NCBI GenBank assembly: GCA_030390025.1
Contig: CM059438.1
Span: 59,894,001-59,958,000 of the forward strand
Direction of reading: 5' to 3'
Length of the DNA stretch: 64,000 bases
Source of the DNA: Squalus acanthias
Lineage: Eukaryota
Shown: positions 30,001-42,168 of the stretch, in pieces
How positions within the stretch are numbered: the first letter of the stretch is position 1
Layout: each line of letters starts with the position of its first letter
Notes under the pieces: generated by a model
Told to the model about the DNA's origin: nothing
Database searches by the model: none
What the model saw: only the letters and a program-made list of their open reading frames with translations
Position numbers and translations under genes: made by a program

Positions 30001-33000
30001 GGGCGGTGACACTATAGAGAGAGGCAGCACGAACAGTGAGACCAGGGGCGGTTGACACTATAGAGAGAGGCAGCGTGAACAGTTGAGACCAGGGGCGGTG
30101 ACACTATAGAGAGAGGCAGCGTGAACAGTGAGACCAGGGGCGGTGACACTATAGAGAGAGGCAGCACGAACAGTGAGACCAGGGGCGGTGACACTATAGA
30201 GAGAGGCAGCACGAACAGTGAGACCAGGGGCGGTGACACTATAGAGAGAGGCAGAGTGAACAGTGAGACCAGGGGCGGTGACACTATAGAGAGAGGCAGC
30301 GTGAACAGTGAGACCAGGGGCGGTGACACTATAGAGAGAGGCAGCACGAACAGTGAGACCAGGGGCGGTGACACTATAGAGAGAGGCAGCACGAACAGTG
30401 AGACCAGGGGGCGGTGACACTATAGAGAGAGGCAGCACGAACAGTGAGACCAGGGGCGGTGACACTATAGAGAGAGGCAGCACGAACAGTGAGACCAGGG
30501 CGGTGACACTATAGAGAGAGGCAGCACGTGAACAGTGAGACCAGAGGCGGTGACACTATAGAGAGAGGCAGCGAGTGAACCAGGGCGGTGACCAGGGGCC
30601 GAACCAGTGAGACCAGGGGGTGACCACTATAGAGAGAGGCAGCACGAACAGTGAGACCAGGGCGGTGAACACTATAGAGAGAGGCAGCGTGAACAGTGAG
30701 ACCAGGGGCGGTGACACTATAGAGAGAGGCAGCGGGAACAGTGAGACCAGGGGCGGTGACACTATAGAGAGAGGCAGCACGAAACAGTGAGACCAGGGGC
30801 GGTGACACTATAGAGAGAGGCAGCACGAACAGTGAGACCAGGGGCGGTGACACTATAGAGAGAGGCAGAGAGAACAGTGAGACCAGGGGCGGTGACACTA
30901 TAGAGAGAGGCAGCGTGAACAGTGAGACCAGGGGCGGTGACACTATAGAGAGAGGCAGAGTGAACAGTGAGACCAGGGGCGGTGACACTATAGAGAGAGG
31001 CACGACGAACAGTGAGACCAGGGGCGGTGACACTATAGAGAGAGGCAGAGTGAACAGTGAGACCAGGGGCGGTGACACTATAGAGAGAGGCAGCGTGAAC
31101 AGTGAGACCAGGGGCGGTGACACTATAGAGAGAGGCAGCGTCGAACAGTGAGACCAGGGGGCGGTGACACTATAGAGAGAGGCAGCGTGAACAGTGAGAC
31201 CAGGGGCGGTGACACTATAGAGAGAGGCAGCGTGAACAGTGAGACCAGGGGCGGTGACACTATAGAGAGAGGCAGCACGAACAGTGAGACCAGGGGCGGT
31301 GACACTATAGAGAGAGGCAGCACGAACAGTGAGACCAGGGGCGGTGACACTATAGAGAGAGGCAGCACGAACAGTGAGACCAGGGGCGGTGACACTATAG
31401 AGAGAGGCAGCACGAACAGTGAGACCAGGGGCGGTGACACTATAGAGAGAGGCAGCACGAACAGTGAGACCAGGGGCGGTGACACTATAGAGAGAGGCAG
31501 CGTGAACAGTGAGACCAGGGGGCGGTGACACTATAGAGAGAGGCAGCACGAACAGTGAGACCAGGGGCGGTGACACTATAGAGAGAGGCAGCACGAACAG
31601 TGAGACCAGGGGGGTGGACACTATAGAGAGAGGCAGCGTGAACAGTGAGACCAGGGGCGGTGACACTATAGAGAGAGGCAGCGTGAACAGTGAGACCAGG
31701 GGCGGTGACACTATAGAGAGAGGCAGCGGAACAGTGCGACCAGGGGCGGTGGACACTATAGAGAGAGGCAGCACGAACAGTGAGACCAGGGCGGTGACAC
31801 TATAGAGTGAGGCAGCACGACAGTGAGACCAGGGCGGTGACACTATAGAGAGAGGCAGCAGTGAACAGTGAGACCAGGGGCGGTGACACTATAGAGAGAG
31901 CAGCACGAACAAGTGAGACCAGGGGCGGTGACACTATAGAGAGAGGCAGAGTGAACAGTGTGACCCAGGGGCGGTGACACTATAGAGAGAGGCAGCGTGA
32001 CAGGGCGGTGACACATAGAGAGGGCAGCGTGAACAGTGAGACCAGGGGCGGTGACACTATAGAGAGAGGCAGAGTGAACAGTGAGACCAGGGGCTGTGAC
32101 ACTATAGAGAGAGGCAGCACGAACAGTGAGACCAGGGGCGGTGACACTATAGAGAGAGGCAGAGTGAACAGTGAGAACAGGGGCGGTGACACTATAGAGA
32201 GAGGCAGCGTCGAACCAGTGAGACCCAGGGGGGCGGTGACACGATAGAGAGGGCAGCGTCGAACAGTGGAGAGGCCAGGGCGGTGACACTTATAGAGAGA
32301 GGCAGCACGTAACAGTGAGACCAGGGGCGGTGACACTATAGAGAGAGGCAGCGTGAACAGTGGAGCACCAGGTGCGGTGACACTTAGAGAGAGGCAGCAC
32401 TGAACAGTGAGACAAGGGGGCGGTGACTCTATAGAGAGAGGCAGAGTGAACAGTGAGACCAGGGGCGGTGACTCGTATATAGAGAGGCAGCAGCGAACAG
32501 TGAGACCAGGGGCGGTGACACTATAGAGAGAGGCAGAGCGTGAACATGAGACGCAGGGGCGGTGACACTATTGAGAGAGGCAGAGTGAACAGTGAGACCA
32601 GGGGCGTGACACTATAGAGAGAGGCAGAGTGAAGCAGTGGAGACCAGGGGCGGTGGACACTATAGAGAGAGGCAGAGTGGACAGTAGGACGGCAGGCAGG
32701 GGCGGTGACACTATAGAGAGTAGGCAGCACGGAACAGTGAGACCATGAGGCGGTGACTTAGGCCTTAGGACCAGGCGTCGGCGCTATGGAGAGTCAGAGT
32801 GAACAGTGAGACCAAGGGGCGGTGACACTATAGAGAGAGGCAGAGTGAACAGTGAGACCAGGGGGCGGTGACACTATAGAGAGAGGCAGCACGAACAGTG
32901 AGAACCAGGGGCGGTGACGCTATAGAGAGAGGCAGCACGAACAGTGAGACCAGGGCGTTGACACTAATAGAGAGAGGCAGCACGAACCAGTGAGACCTAG

Positions 33001-36000
33001 GGGCGGTGGACACTATAGAGGAGAGGCAGCGTCGAACAGTGTAGAACCAGGGGCGTGACACTATAGAGAGAGGCAGCACTGAACAGTGAGACCAGGGGCG
33101 GTGACGCTATAGAGAGAGGCAGCGTCGACAGTGAGACCAGGGGCGGTGACACTATTAGAGCGAGGAAGCAAGCGAACAGTGAGACCAGTGGGCGGTGCAC
33201 ACTATAAGAGGAGCAAGCACGAACAGTGAGACCAGGGTCGGTGACACTATAGAGAGAGGCAGCGTCGAACAGTGAGACCAGTGCGGTGACACTATAGAGA
33301 GAGGCAGCGTCGAACACTGAGACCAGGGGCGGTGACACTATAGAGAGAGGCAGCTGAAACAGTGAGACCAGGGGCGGTGACCACTATAGAGAGAGGCAGC
33401 ACGAACAGTGAGACCAGGGCGGTGACACTATAGAGAGAGGGCAGCAGTGAACAGTGAGACCAGGGCGGTGACACTTAGAGAGGAGGCAGAGTGAACAGTT
33501 GAGACCCGGGGGCGGTGACACTATAGAGAGAGGCGCACGAACAGTGAGACCAGGGGCGGTGACACTATAGAGAGAGGCAGCACGAACAGTGAGACCAGGG
33601 GCGGTGACACTATAGAGAGAGGCAGCACGAACAGTGAGACCAGGGGCGGTGACACTATAGAGAGAGGCAGCACGAACAGTGAGACCAGGGCGGTGACACT
33701 ATAGAGAGAGGCAGCGTGAACAGTGAGACCAGGGGCGGTGACACTATAGAGAGAGGCAGCACGAACAGTGAGACCAGGGGCGGTGACACTATAGAGAGAG
33801 GCAGCGTGAACAGTGAGACCAGGGGCGGTGACACTATAGAGAGAGGCAGCACGAACAGTGAGACCAGGGGCGGTGACACTATAGAGAGAGGCAGCACGAA
33901 CAGTGAGACCAGGGGCGGTGACACTATAGAGAGAGGCAGCACGAACAGTGAGACCAGGGGCGGTGACACTATAGAGAGAGGCAGAGTGAACAGTGAGACC
34001 AGGGGCGGTGACACTATAGAGAGAGGCAGCACGAACAGTGAGACCAGGGGCGGTGACAGCTATAGAGAAGGCAGCACGAACAGGTGAGACCAGGGGCGGG
34101 GACACTATAGAGAGAGGCAGCGTGAACACTGAGACCCAGGGTTCTGTGACTCTATAGAGAGAGGCAGCGTGACAGTGAGACCAGGGCGGTGGACACTATA
34201 GAGAGATGGCAGCACGACAGTGAGACCAGGGGCGGCGACACTATAGAGAGAGGCAGCGTCGAACAGTGAGACCAGGGGCGGTGACACTATAGAGAGAGGC
34301 AGAGTGACAGTGGAGACCAGGGGGCGGTGGACACTATAGAGAGAGGCAGAGTGGAACTGTGAGACCAGGGGCGGGACTCTATAGAGAGAGGCAGCAGCGG
34401 AACAGTGAGACCAGGGGCGGTGACTCTATTATGAGAGAGGCAGAGTGAACAGTGAGACCAGGGGCGGTGACACTATAGAGAGAGGCAGCAGTGATCAGTG
34501 AGACCAGGGGCGGTGACACTATAGAGAGAGGCAGAGTGGAACAGTGAGACCAGGGGCGGTTGACACTATAGAGAGAGGCAGCGTGAACAGTGAGACCAGG
34601 GGCGGTGACACTATAGAGAGAGGCAGCACGTTACCAGTGAGACCAAGGGCGGTGACACTATAGAGAGAGGCAGCACGAACAGTGGAGACCAGGGCGGGTG
34701 ACTCTATAGAGAGAGGCAGCGTCGAACAGTGAGACCAGGGGCGGTGGACACTATAGAGAGAGGCACTCGTAACAGTGAGACCAGGGGCGTGACACTTAAT
34801 AGAGAGAGGCAGCAGTGGAACAGTGAGACTCAGGGGCGGTGACACTATAGAGAGAGGCAGCACGAACAGTGAGACCAGGGCGGTGACTCTATAGAGAGAG
34901 GGCAGACGTCGAAGCAGTGAACCAGGGGCGGTGACACTATAGAGAGGCAGGCGTGACAGTGAGACTCAGGGGCCTTGAGGAGGCCGACAGTAGCGACCAG
35001 GGGCGTTGACACTATAGAGAGATGGCAAGCGTCGAACAGTGAGACAGCAGGGGCTGTGGACACTATAGAGGAGAGGGCAGCTCGTGAACAGTGAGACCAG
35101 GGAGGTGGACACTATAGAGAGAGGCAGCACGAACAGTGAGACCAGTGGGCGGGACGCTATAGAGAGAGGCAGCAAGAACAGTGAGACCAGGGGCGGTGAC
35201 ACTATAGAGAGAGGCAGCCGTGACAGGAGTGAGACCAGGGGGCGGTGACACTATAGAGAGAGGCAGAGCGAACAGTGAGACCAGGGGCGGTGACGGACTA
35301 TAGAGAGAGGCTAGCAGTCGACACTGAGACCAGGGGCGGGGGACTCTATAGAGAGAGGCAGCACGAACACTGAGACCAGGGGCGGTGACACTATAGAGAG
35401 AGGCAGCAGCGAACAGTGAGACCAGGGGCGGTGACACTATAGAGAGAGGCAGCACGAACAGTGAGACCAGGGGGCGGTGACACTATAGAGAGAGGCAGAG
35501 TGAACAGTGAGACCAGGGGCGGTGACACTATAGAGAGAGGCAGCACGAACAGTGAGACCAGGGGCGGTGACACTATAGAGAGAGGCAGACGTGAACAGTG
35601 AGACCAGGGGCGGTGACACTATAGAGAGAGGCAGAGTGAACAGTGAGACCAGGGGCGGTGACACAATAGAGAGAGGCAGCACGAACAGTGAGACCAGGGG
35701 CGGTGACACTATAGAGAGAGGCAGCACGAACAGTGAGACCAGGGGCGGTGACACTATAGAGAGAGGCAGCGTGAACAGTGAGACCAGGGGCGGTGACACT
35801 ATAGAGAGAGGCAGCGTGAACAGTGAGACCAGGGCGGTGACACTATAGAGAGAGGCAGCACGAACAGTGAGACCAGGGGCGGTGACACTATAGAGAGAGG
35901 CAGAGTGAACAGTGAGACCAGGGGCGGTGACACTATAGAGAGAGGCAGCACGAACAGTGAGACCAGGGGCGGTGACACTATAGAGAGAGGCAGCGTGAAC

Positions 36001-39000
36001 AGTGAGACCCAGGGGCGGTGACACTATAGAGAGAGGCAGCACGAACAGTGAGACCAGGGGCGGTGACACTATAGAGAGAGGCAGCACGAACAGTGAGACC
36101 AGGGGCGGTGACACTATAGAGAGAGGCAGCGTGAACAGTGAGACCAGGGGCGGTGACACTATAGAGAGAGGCAGCGTGAACAGTGAGACCAGGGGCGGTG
36201 ACACTATAGAGAGAGGCAGCGTGAACAGTGAGACCAGGGGCGGTGACACTATAGAGAGAGGCAGCACGAACAGTGAGACCAGGGGCGGTGACACTATAGA
36301 GAGAGGCAGCACGAACAGTGAGACCAGGGGCGGTGACACTATAGAGAGAGGCAGCACGAACAGTGAGACCAGGGGCGGTGACACTATAGAGAGAGGCAGA
36401 GTGAACAGTGAGACCAGGGGCGGTGACACTATAGAGAGAGGCAGAGTGAACAGTGAGACCAGGGGCGGTGACACTATAGAGAGAGGCAGCACGAACAGTG
36501 AGACCAGGGGCGGTGACACTATAGAGAGAGGCAGAGTGAACAGTGAGACCAGGGGCGGTGACACTATAGAGAGAGGCAGCACGAACAGTGAGACCAGGGG
36601 CGGTGACACTATAGAGAGAGGCAGCACGAACAGTGAGACCAGGGGCGGTGACACTATAGAGAGAGGCAGCTAGAACAGTGAGACCAGGGGCGGTGACACT
36701 ATAGAGAGAGGCAGACGTGAACAGGAGACCAGGGGCGGTGACACTATAGAGAGAGGCAGCGTGAACAGTGAGACCAGGGGCGGTGACTCTATAGAGAGAG
36801 GCAGAGTGAACAGTGAGACCAGGGGCGGTGACACTATAGAGAGAGGCAGCCGTGAACAGAGAGACCAGGGCGGTGACACTATAGAGAGAGGCAGCACGAA
36901 CAGTGAGACCAGGGGCGGTGACACTATAGAGAGAGGCAGCACGAACAGTGAGACCAGGGGCGGTGACACTATAGAGAGAGGCAGCTCGAACAGTGAGACC
37001 AGAGGCGGTGACACTATAGAGAGAGGCAGCACGAACAGTGAGACCAGGGGCGGTGACACTATAGAGAGAGGCAGAGTGAACAGTGAGACCAGGGGCGGTG
37101 AACACTATAGAGAGAGGCAGCGTGAACTGTGAGACCAGGGGGCGGTGACACTATAGAGAGAGGCAGCACGAACAGTGAGACCAGGGGCGTGCACCTTAGA
37201 GAGAGGCAGCACGAACAGTGAGACCAGGGCGGTGACACTATAGAGAGAGGCAGCACGGAACAGTGAGACCAGGGGCGGTGACACTATAGGAGAGAGGCAG
37301 CAGTGAACAGTGATACCAGGGGCGGTGACACTATAGAGAGAGGCAGAGTGAACAGTGAGACCAGGGGCTGTGACAACTATAGAGAGAGGCAGAGTGAACA
37401 GTGACACCAGGGGCGGTGACTCTATAGAGAGAGGCAGCGTCGAACTGTGACACCAGCGGCGGTGACACTATAGAGAGAGGCATGCGTGAACAGTGAGACC
37501 AGGGGCGGTGACACTATAGAGAGAGGCAGCAGCGAACACGTGAGACCAGGGGCGGTGACACTATAGAGAGAGGCAGAGTGAACAGTGAGACAGGGGCGGT
37601 GACACTATAGAGAGAGGCAGCGTGACAGTGAGACCAGCGGGCGGTGACACTATAGAGAGAGGCAGAGTGAACAGTGAGACCAGGGGCGGACACTATAGAG
37701 AGAGGCAGGCGTCGAACAGTGGAGACCATGGGCGGTGACACTGATAGAGAGAGGCAGCACGACAGTGAGACCAGGGCGGTGACGACTATAAGAGTAGAGG
37801 CAGAGTGACAGTGAGACCAGGGGCGGTGACATACGTATAGAGAGAGCAGCACGAGTGAGACAGGGGCGGTGACCAGAGAGAGGCAGAGTGCGGTGACCTC
37901 TATAGAGAGAGGCAGATTGGAACGTAGTGAGACCAGGGGCGGTGACACTATAGAGAGAGGCAGCGTGAACAGTGAGACCAGGGGCGGGTGACACTATAGA
38001 GAGAGGCAGCACGAACAGTGAGACCAGGGCGGTGACACTATAGAGAGAGGCAGCACGAACAGTGAGACCAGGGGCGGTGACACTATAGAGAGAGGCAGCG
38101 TGAACAGAGAGACCAGGGGGCGGTGACACTATAGAGAGAGGCAGCACGAACAGTGAGACCAGGGCGGTGACACTATAGAGAGAGGCAGCACGAACAGTGA
38201 GACCAGGGGCGGTGACACTATAGAGAGAGAGCGAAGTGGCAGGGGGGAGGGACAGTGAGACCAGGGGCGGTGACACTATAGAGAGAGCAGCACGAACAGT
38301 GAGACCAAGGGCGGTGGACACTATATGAGTAGAGGCAGCACGAACAAGTGAGACCAGGGGCTGGTGACACTATAGAGAGAGGCAGAGTGAACAGTGAGAC
38401 CTGGGGCGGTGGACACTATAGAGAGAGCAGAGTGAACAGATGAGACCAGGGGCGGTGACACTATAGAGAGAGGCAGAGCGTGAAAAGTGAGACCAGGGGC
38501 GGTGGACAACTATAGAGAGAGGCAGCACGAACAGTGAGACCAGGGGCGGTGACACTATAGAGAGAGGCAGAGGTGAACAGTGGAGACCAGGGGCGGGTGA
38601 CACTATAGAGAGAGCAGATGTGTACAGTGAGACAAGGGGCGGTGACACTATAGAGAGAGGCAGCGGAACAGTGAGACCAGGTGGCGGTGACACTATAGAG
38701 AGAGGGCAGCGTCGCACAGTGAGACCAGGGGCGGTGACACTATAGAGAGAGGCAGAGTGAACAGTGAGACCAGGGGCGGTGACACTATAGAGAGAGGCAG
38801 CACGAACAGTGAGACCAGGGGCGGTGACACTATAGAGAGAGCAGAGTGAACAGTGAGACCAGGGGCGGTGACACTATAGAGAGAGGCAGCAGCGAACAGT
38901 GAGACCAGGGGCGGTGACACTATAGAGAGAGGCAGAGTGAACAGTGAGACCAGGGGCGGGTGACACTATAGAGAGAGGCAGAGTGAACAGTGAGACCAGG

Positions 39001-41656
39001 GGCGGTGACACTATAGAGAGAGGCAGCACGAACAGTGAGACCAGGGGGCGGTGACACTATAGAGAGAGGCAGAGTGAACAGTGAGACCAGGGGCGGTGAC
39101 ACTATAGAGAGAGGCAGCACGAACAGTGAGACCAGGGGCGGTGACACTATAGAGAGAGGCAGAGTGAACCAGTGAGACCAGGGGCGGTGACACTATAGAG
39201 AGAGGCAGCACGAACAGTGAGACCAGGGGCGGTGACACTATAGAGAGAGGCAGCGTGAACAGTGAGACCAGGGGCGGTGACACTATAGAGAGAGGCAGCA
39301 GTGAACAGTGAGACCAGGGGCGGTGACACTATAGAGAGAGGCAGCACGAACAGTGAGACCAGGGGCGGTGACACTATAGAGAGAGGCAGCACGAACAGTG
39401 AGACCAGGGGCGGTGACACTATAGAGAGAGGCAGCGTGAACAGTGAGACCAGGGGCGGTGACACTATAGAGAGAGGCAGCACGAACAGTGAGACCAGGGG
39501 CGGTGACACTATAGAGAGAGGCAGCACGAACAGTGAGACCAGGGGCGGTGACACTAAGAGAGAGGCAGCAGTGAACAGTGAGACCAGGGGCGGTGACACT
39601 ATAGAGAGAGGCAGCACGAACAGTGAGACCAGGGGCGGTGACACTATAGAGAGAGGCAGAGTGAACAGTGAGACCAGGGGCGGTGACACTATAGAGAGAG
39701 GCAGCACGAACAGTGAGACCAGGGCGGTGACACTATAGAGAGAGTGGCAGAGTGAACAGTGAGACCAGGGCGGTGACACTATAAGAGAGGCAGACGAACA
39801 GTGAGACCAGGGGCGTGACACTATAGAGAGAGCAGCACGGAACAGTGAGACCAGGGGCGGTGACACTATAGAGAGAGGCAGAGTGAACAGTGAGACCAGG
39901 GGCGGTGACACTATAGAGAGAGGCAGCACGAACAGTGAGACCAGGGGGCGGTGACACTATAGAGAGAGGCAGAGTGAACAGTGAGACCAGGGGCGGTGAC
40001 ACTATAGAGAGAGGCAGCACGAACAGTGAGACCAGGGGCGGTGACACTATAGAGAGAGGCAGCACGAACAGTGAGACCAGGGGCGGTGACACTATAGAGA
40101 GAGGCAGCACGAACAGTGAGACCAGGGCGGTGACACTATAGAGAGAGGCAGAGTGAACAGTGAGACCAGGGGCGGTGACACTATAGAGAGAGGCAGCGTG
40201 AACAGTGAGACCAGGGGCGGTGACACTATAGAGAGAGGCAGCGTGAACAGTGAGACCAGGGGCGGTGACACTATAGAGAGAGGCAGAGTGAACAGTGAGA
40301 CCAGGGGCGGTGACACTATAGAGAGAGGCAGCACGAACAGTGAGACCAGGGGCGGTGACACTATAGAGAGAGGCAGCGTGAACAGTGAGACCAGGGGCGG
40401 TGACACTATAGAGAGAGGCAGCGTGAACAGTGAGACCAGGGGCGGTGACACTATAGAGAGAGGCAGCACGAACAGTGAGACCAGGGGCGGTGACACTATA
40501 GAGAGAGGCAGCGTGAACAGTGAGACCAGGGGCGGTGACACTATAGAGAGAGGCAGCACGAACAGTGAGACCAGGGGCGGTGACACTATAGAGAGAGGCA
40601 GCACGAACAGTGAGACCAGGGGCGGTGACACTATAGAGAGAGGCAGCGTGAACAGTGAGACCAGGGGCGGTGACACTATAGAGAGAGGCAGCACGAACAG
40701 TGAGACCAGGGGCGGTGACACTATAGAGAGAGGCAGCACGAACAGTGAGACCAGGGGCGGTGACACTATAGAGAGAGGCAGAGTGAACAGTGAGACCAGG
40801 GGCGGTGACACTATAGAGAGAGGCAGAGTGAACAGTGAGACCAGGGGCGGTGACGCTATAGAGAGAGGCAGCACGAACAGTGAGACCAGGGGCGGTGACA
40901 CTATAGAGAGAGGCAGCACGAACAGTGAGACCAGGGGCGGTGACACTATAGAGAGAGGCAGCACGAACAGTGAGACCAGGGGCGGTGACACTATAGAGAG
41001 AGGCAGCACGAACAGTGAGACCAGGGGCGGTGACACTATAGAGAGAGGCAGCACGAACAGTGAGACCAGGGGCGGTGACACTATAGAGAGAGGCAGCACG
41101 AACAGTGAGACCAGGGGCGGTGACACTATAGAGAGAGGCAGCACGAACAGTGAGACCAGGGGCGGTGACGCTATAGAGAGAGGCAGCACGAACAGTGAGA
41201 CCAGGGGCGGTGACACTATAGAGAGAGGCAGCACGAACAGTGAGACCAGGGGCGGTGACGCTATAGAGAGAGGCAGAGTGAACAGTGAGACCAGGCGCGG
41301 CGCTATAGAGAGAGGCAGCGTGAACAGTGAGACCAGGGGCGGTGACACTATAGAGAGAGGCAGAGTGAACAGTGAGACCAGGCGCGGCGCTATAGAGAGA
41401 GGCAGCACGAACAGTGAGACCAGGGGCGGCGCTATGGAGAGAGGCAGCACGAACAGTGAGACCAGGGGCGGCGCTATGGAGAGAGGCAGCACGAACAGTG
41501 AGACCAGGGGCGGCGCTATGGAGAGAGGCAGCACGAACAGTGAGACCAGGCGCGGCGCTATGGAGAGGCAGCACGAACAGTGAGACCAGGGGCGGCGCTA
41601 TGGAGAGGCAGCGTGAACAGTGAGACCAGGGGCGGCGCTATGGAGAGGCAGCACGA
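1..41656 (+). repeat. Tandem satellite, 45-bp unit, ~920 copies; continues past the left window edge
   Basis: Directly visible unit GGCGGTGACACTATAGAGAGAGGCAGCACGAACAGTGAGACCAGG (17G/15A/9C/4T) with three interspersed variants (CAC/CGT/AGT). All copies in one orientation; last partial unit ends ...GGCAGCACGA at 41656. Confidence 0.99.
14635..14834. other. Assembly gap (200 N)
   Basis: Exactly 200 N inside the satellite; a round-number scaffolding placeholder, so the true array length is unknown. Confidence 0.99.
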
Positions 41657-41914
41657 GGAACCTTCAAAACAGAAACGAATCAAGGAGTGACATCACAGGG
41701 CAGCAGGTAGATGATTGGTTGGTGAGTATTACAGGTTTTTTCAGCCTCTGAGCTGGGGAAGTGGGTTAAACTCAGAGCTCGGTAACTGTAACTTGCTGTT
41801 ACTTTCCTTTACTGAGTCAGTAAATTATACTAGATAAACCAATTAATTTATAAAACTAAAATAATTGATTGAAATAGTCATAATAATTAATTAACTAATC
41901 TAATATATAAAGAA

Positions 41915-42143
41915 CGATAGCAAAATACTGCAGATGCTGGAAATCCGAAATAACAACAGAAAACGCTGGAAAAACTCAGCAGGCGAGGCAGCATCCGTGG
42001 AGAGAGAAACAGAGTTAACGTTTCAGGTCGAGACCTTTGTCTCGTTCTGATGAAAGGTCTCGACCTGAAACGTTAACTCTGTTTCTCTCTCCACGGATGC
42101 TGCCTCGCCTGCTGAGTTTTTCCAGCGTTTTTTGTTGTTATTC
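41915..42143. mobile_element. Penelope-like palindromic insertion (family A) in CR1 5'UTR
   Basis: ~90-bp inverted arms 41949-42038 / 42053-42142, extra unpaired tail on left, 13-bp TSD AATATATAAAGAA (41902-41914, 42144-42156). Confidence 0.85.
42044..42077 (+). ncRNA. Minimal type I hammerhead ribozyme motif
   Basis: GTT-CTGATGA-A-AGGTC(TC)GACCT-GAAA-CG-TT-AAC: conserved cores, 5-bp stem II, 3-bp stem I, palindromic AACGTT stem III. Confidence 0.7.
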
Positions 42144-42168
42144 AATATATAAAGAAGTTTAGTTAGAG

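Noticed and set aside
190..41623. Many ORFs encoding (NSETRGGDTIERGST)n, (LPLSIVSPPLVSLF)n, (AASLYSVTAPGLTV)n
   Set aside because: Consequence of a 45-bp (3x15) unit lacking stops in three frames; no unique N/C-termini and no synonymous-site variation.
1..41656. CRISPR-like array
   Set aside because: No unique spacers (only a 3-state 3-nt variable site), no cas genes, vertebrate context.
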